Virus record (IMG/VR): IMGVR_UViG_3300034127_000023
Location: 1-35,795 of that record
DNA from: a virus
Lineage: Duplodnaviria; Caudoviricetes
Direction: 5' to 3' (one strand)
Length of the DNA: 35,795 bases
The translations under genes were made by a program, and so were the position numbers. Below, piece by piece: positions 35,132-35,795 of this stretch. The notes under the pieces are model-generated. The model was not told the origin of the DNA and made no database searches. It worked only from the letters and a program-made list of their open reading frames with translations. Within the stretch, counting starts at the first letter, position 1, and each line of letters opens with the position of its first letter.

Positions 35132-35795
35132 TTAATTCTAATTCCATAGGTTTTTGTTTATCAGAATTAAAACCTTCTGTAATTCTTCCCAATAACTGAG
35201 TGGCTCTAATTAATTTTTGCTCTTTGTTGGTTAAATCATTTATTTTGTGCAATTCATCTGCCCATTTTGGGTTAGTTATCAACTCAACCATTGTTTTATC
35301 ATTTTTTCCAAAACTCAACAATTGTTTTAGCATTTCACTATAAGCTTTTTTAGTGTTTCTTTCTTGATTCATTCCTACTTTATTTGTTCCATGAGCTGTT
35401 CTTACTGTTGGAGGATTTATTAAATCCTTAAAAACAAGTCTCATATCTTTTAATTGTTGCTGAGCTTCCGGAACATTTCTTAAATGATTCTGTAATTCTT
35501 CATATTTTTGTTTGTTTTCTAAACCTCTGTATAAATTAGTCCCTCTCATTTCTTTTGTATTAAATATTTTTTCAATAGTTTCTCTTGCAGATTTCCTTTC
35601 GTATAAAGAACGTGCTTTTTTATATTCAGGCGCTATTTCATCCATTTTAGTAAGCATCTCATCTTTAGTTTTTTGCATGATAGATGCTTCTTTATTGTCG
35701 CCCTTTTTAATTGCACTACCAATCATATCATCAAGAGATTGTTTTACATGATCTAAATAAGCCACAGAATTTGGCTTTACGTTTTTAAGGCTTTC
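35109..35795 (-). CDS. 3' part of the gp16-position ejection protein (continues from 1..1225)
   Basis: In frame across the 127-nt overlap. Confidence 0.8.
   Translation of the reverse strand, partial: ESLKNVKPNSVAYLDHVKQSLDDMIGSAIKKGDNKEASIMQKTKDEMLTKMDEIAPEYKKARSLYERKSARETIEKIFNTKEMRGTNLYRGLENKQKYEELQNHLRNVPEAQQQLKDMRLVFKDLINPPTVRTAHGTNKVGMNQERNTKKAYSEMLKQLLSFGKNDKTMVELITNPKWADELHKINDLTNKEQKLIRATQLLGRITEGFNSDKQKPMELELIKQVQKK

Noticed and set aside
196-35751. Shadow ORFs in the track (e.g. 196..396, 1851..2074, 10891..11208, 13512..14046, 25180..25419, 31992..33068, 34679..34993, 35512..35751)
   Set aside because: They overlap better-supported genes on the other strand or frame and lack SD or motif support.
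35669-35795. Biological terminal repeat
   Set aside because: 127 nt matches an assembler k-mer overlap and falls mid-gene. P22-like phages use headful packaging.

Overview
The window is an apparently complete, circular, AT-rich 35,668-bp genome of a P22-like podophage. Bases 1-127 are repeated at 35669-35795 (assembler overlap), and a 594-aa ejection-protein gene spans the junction and is only partly in the ORF track. The minus strand carries TerS, TerL, portal, small basic proteins, a degenerate tRNA-like element, scaffold, coat, gp4/gp10-like tail hub, three ejection proteins, six tail/fibre genes, a GH108 endolysin, VRR-NUC, a Cro-like HTH, lambda O/P-type replication genes with 22-bp iterons, a Ros/MucR-domain fusion and two secreted proteins. 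The plus strand carries two early operons (small ORFs; RecE-like exonuclease plus Bet-like annealase) and an array of short coiled-coil membrane proteins separated by 51-bp direct repeats. I found no integrase, CI repressor or clear holin. The most striking signal is that about ten translation-initiation regions, mostly of virion genes, place A(N)GGA in the loop of a short hairpin, which is the classic CsrA/RsmA site. An early transcript segment also holds six ANGGA motifs in about 125 nt, like an RsmY/Z sponge. Together these suggest a phage whose gene expression is gated by, and may titrate, host CsrA. A Legionellales-like host is an inference only. All family calls come from motif recall and synteny, not database searches.
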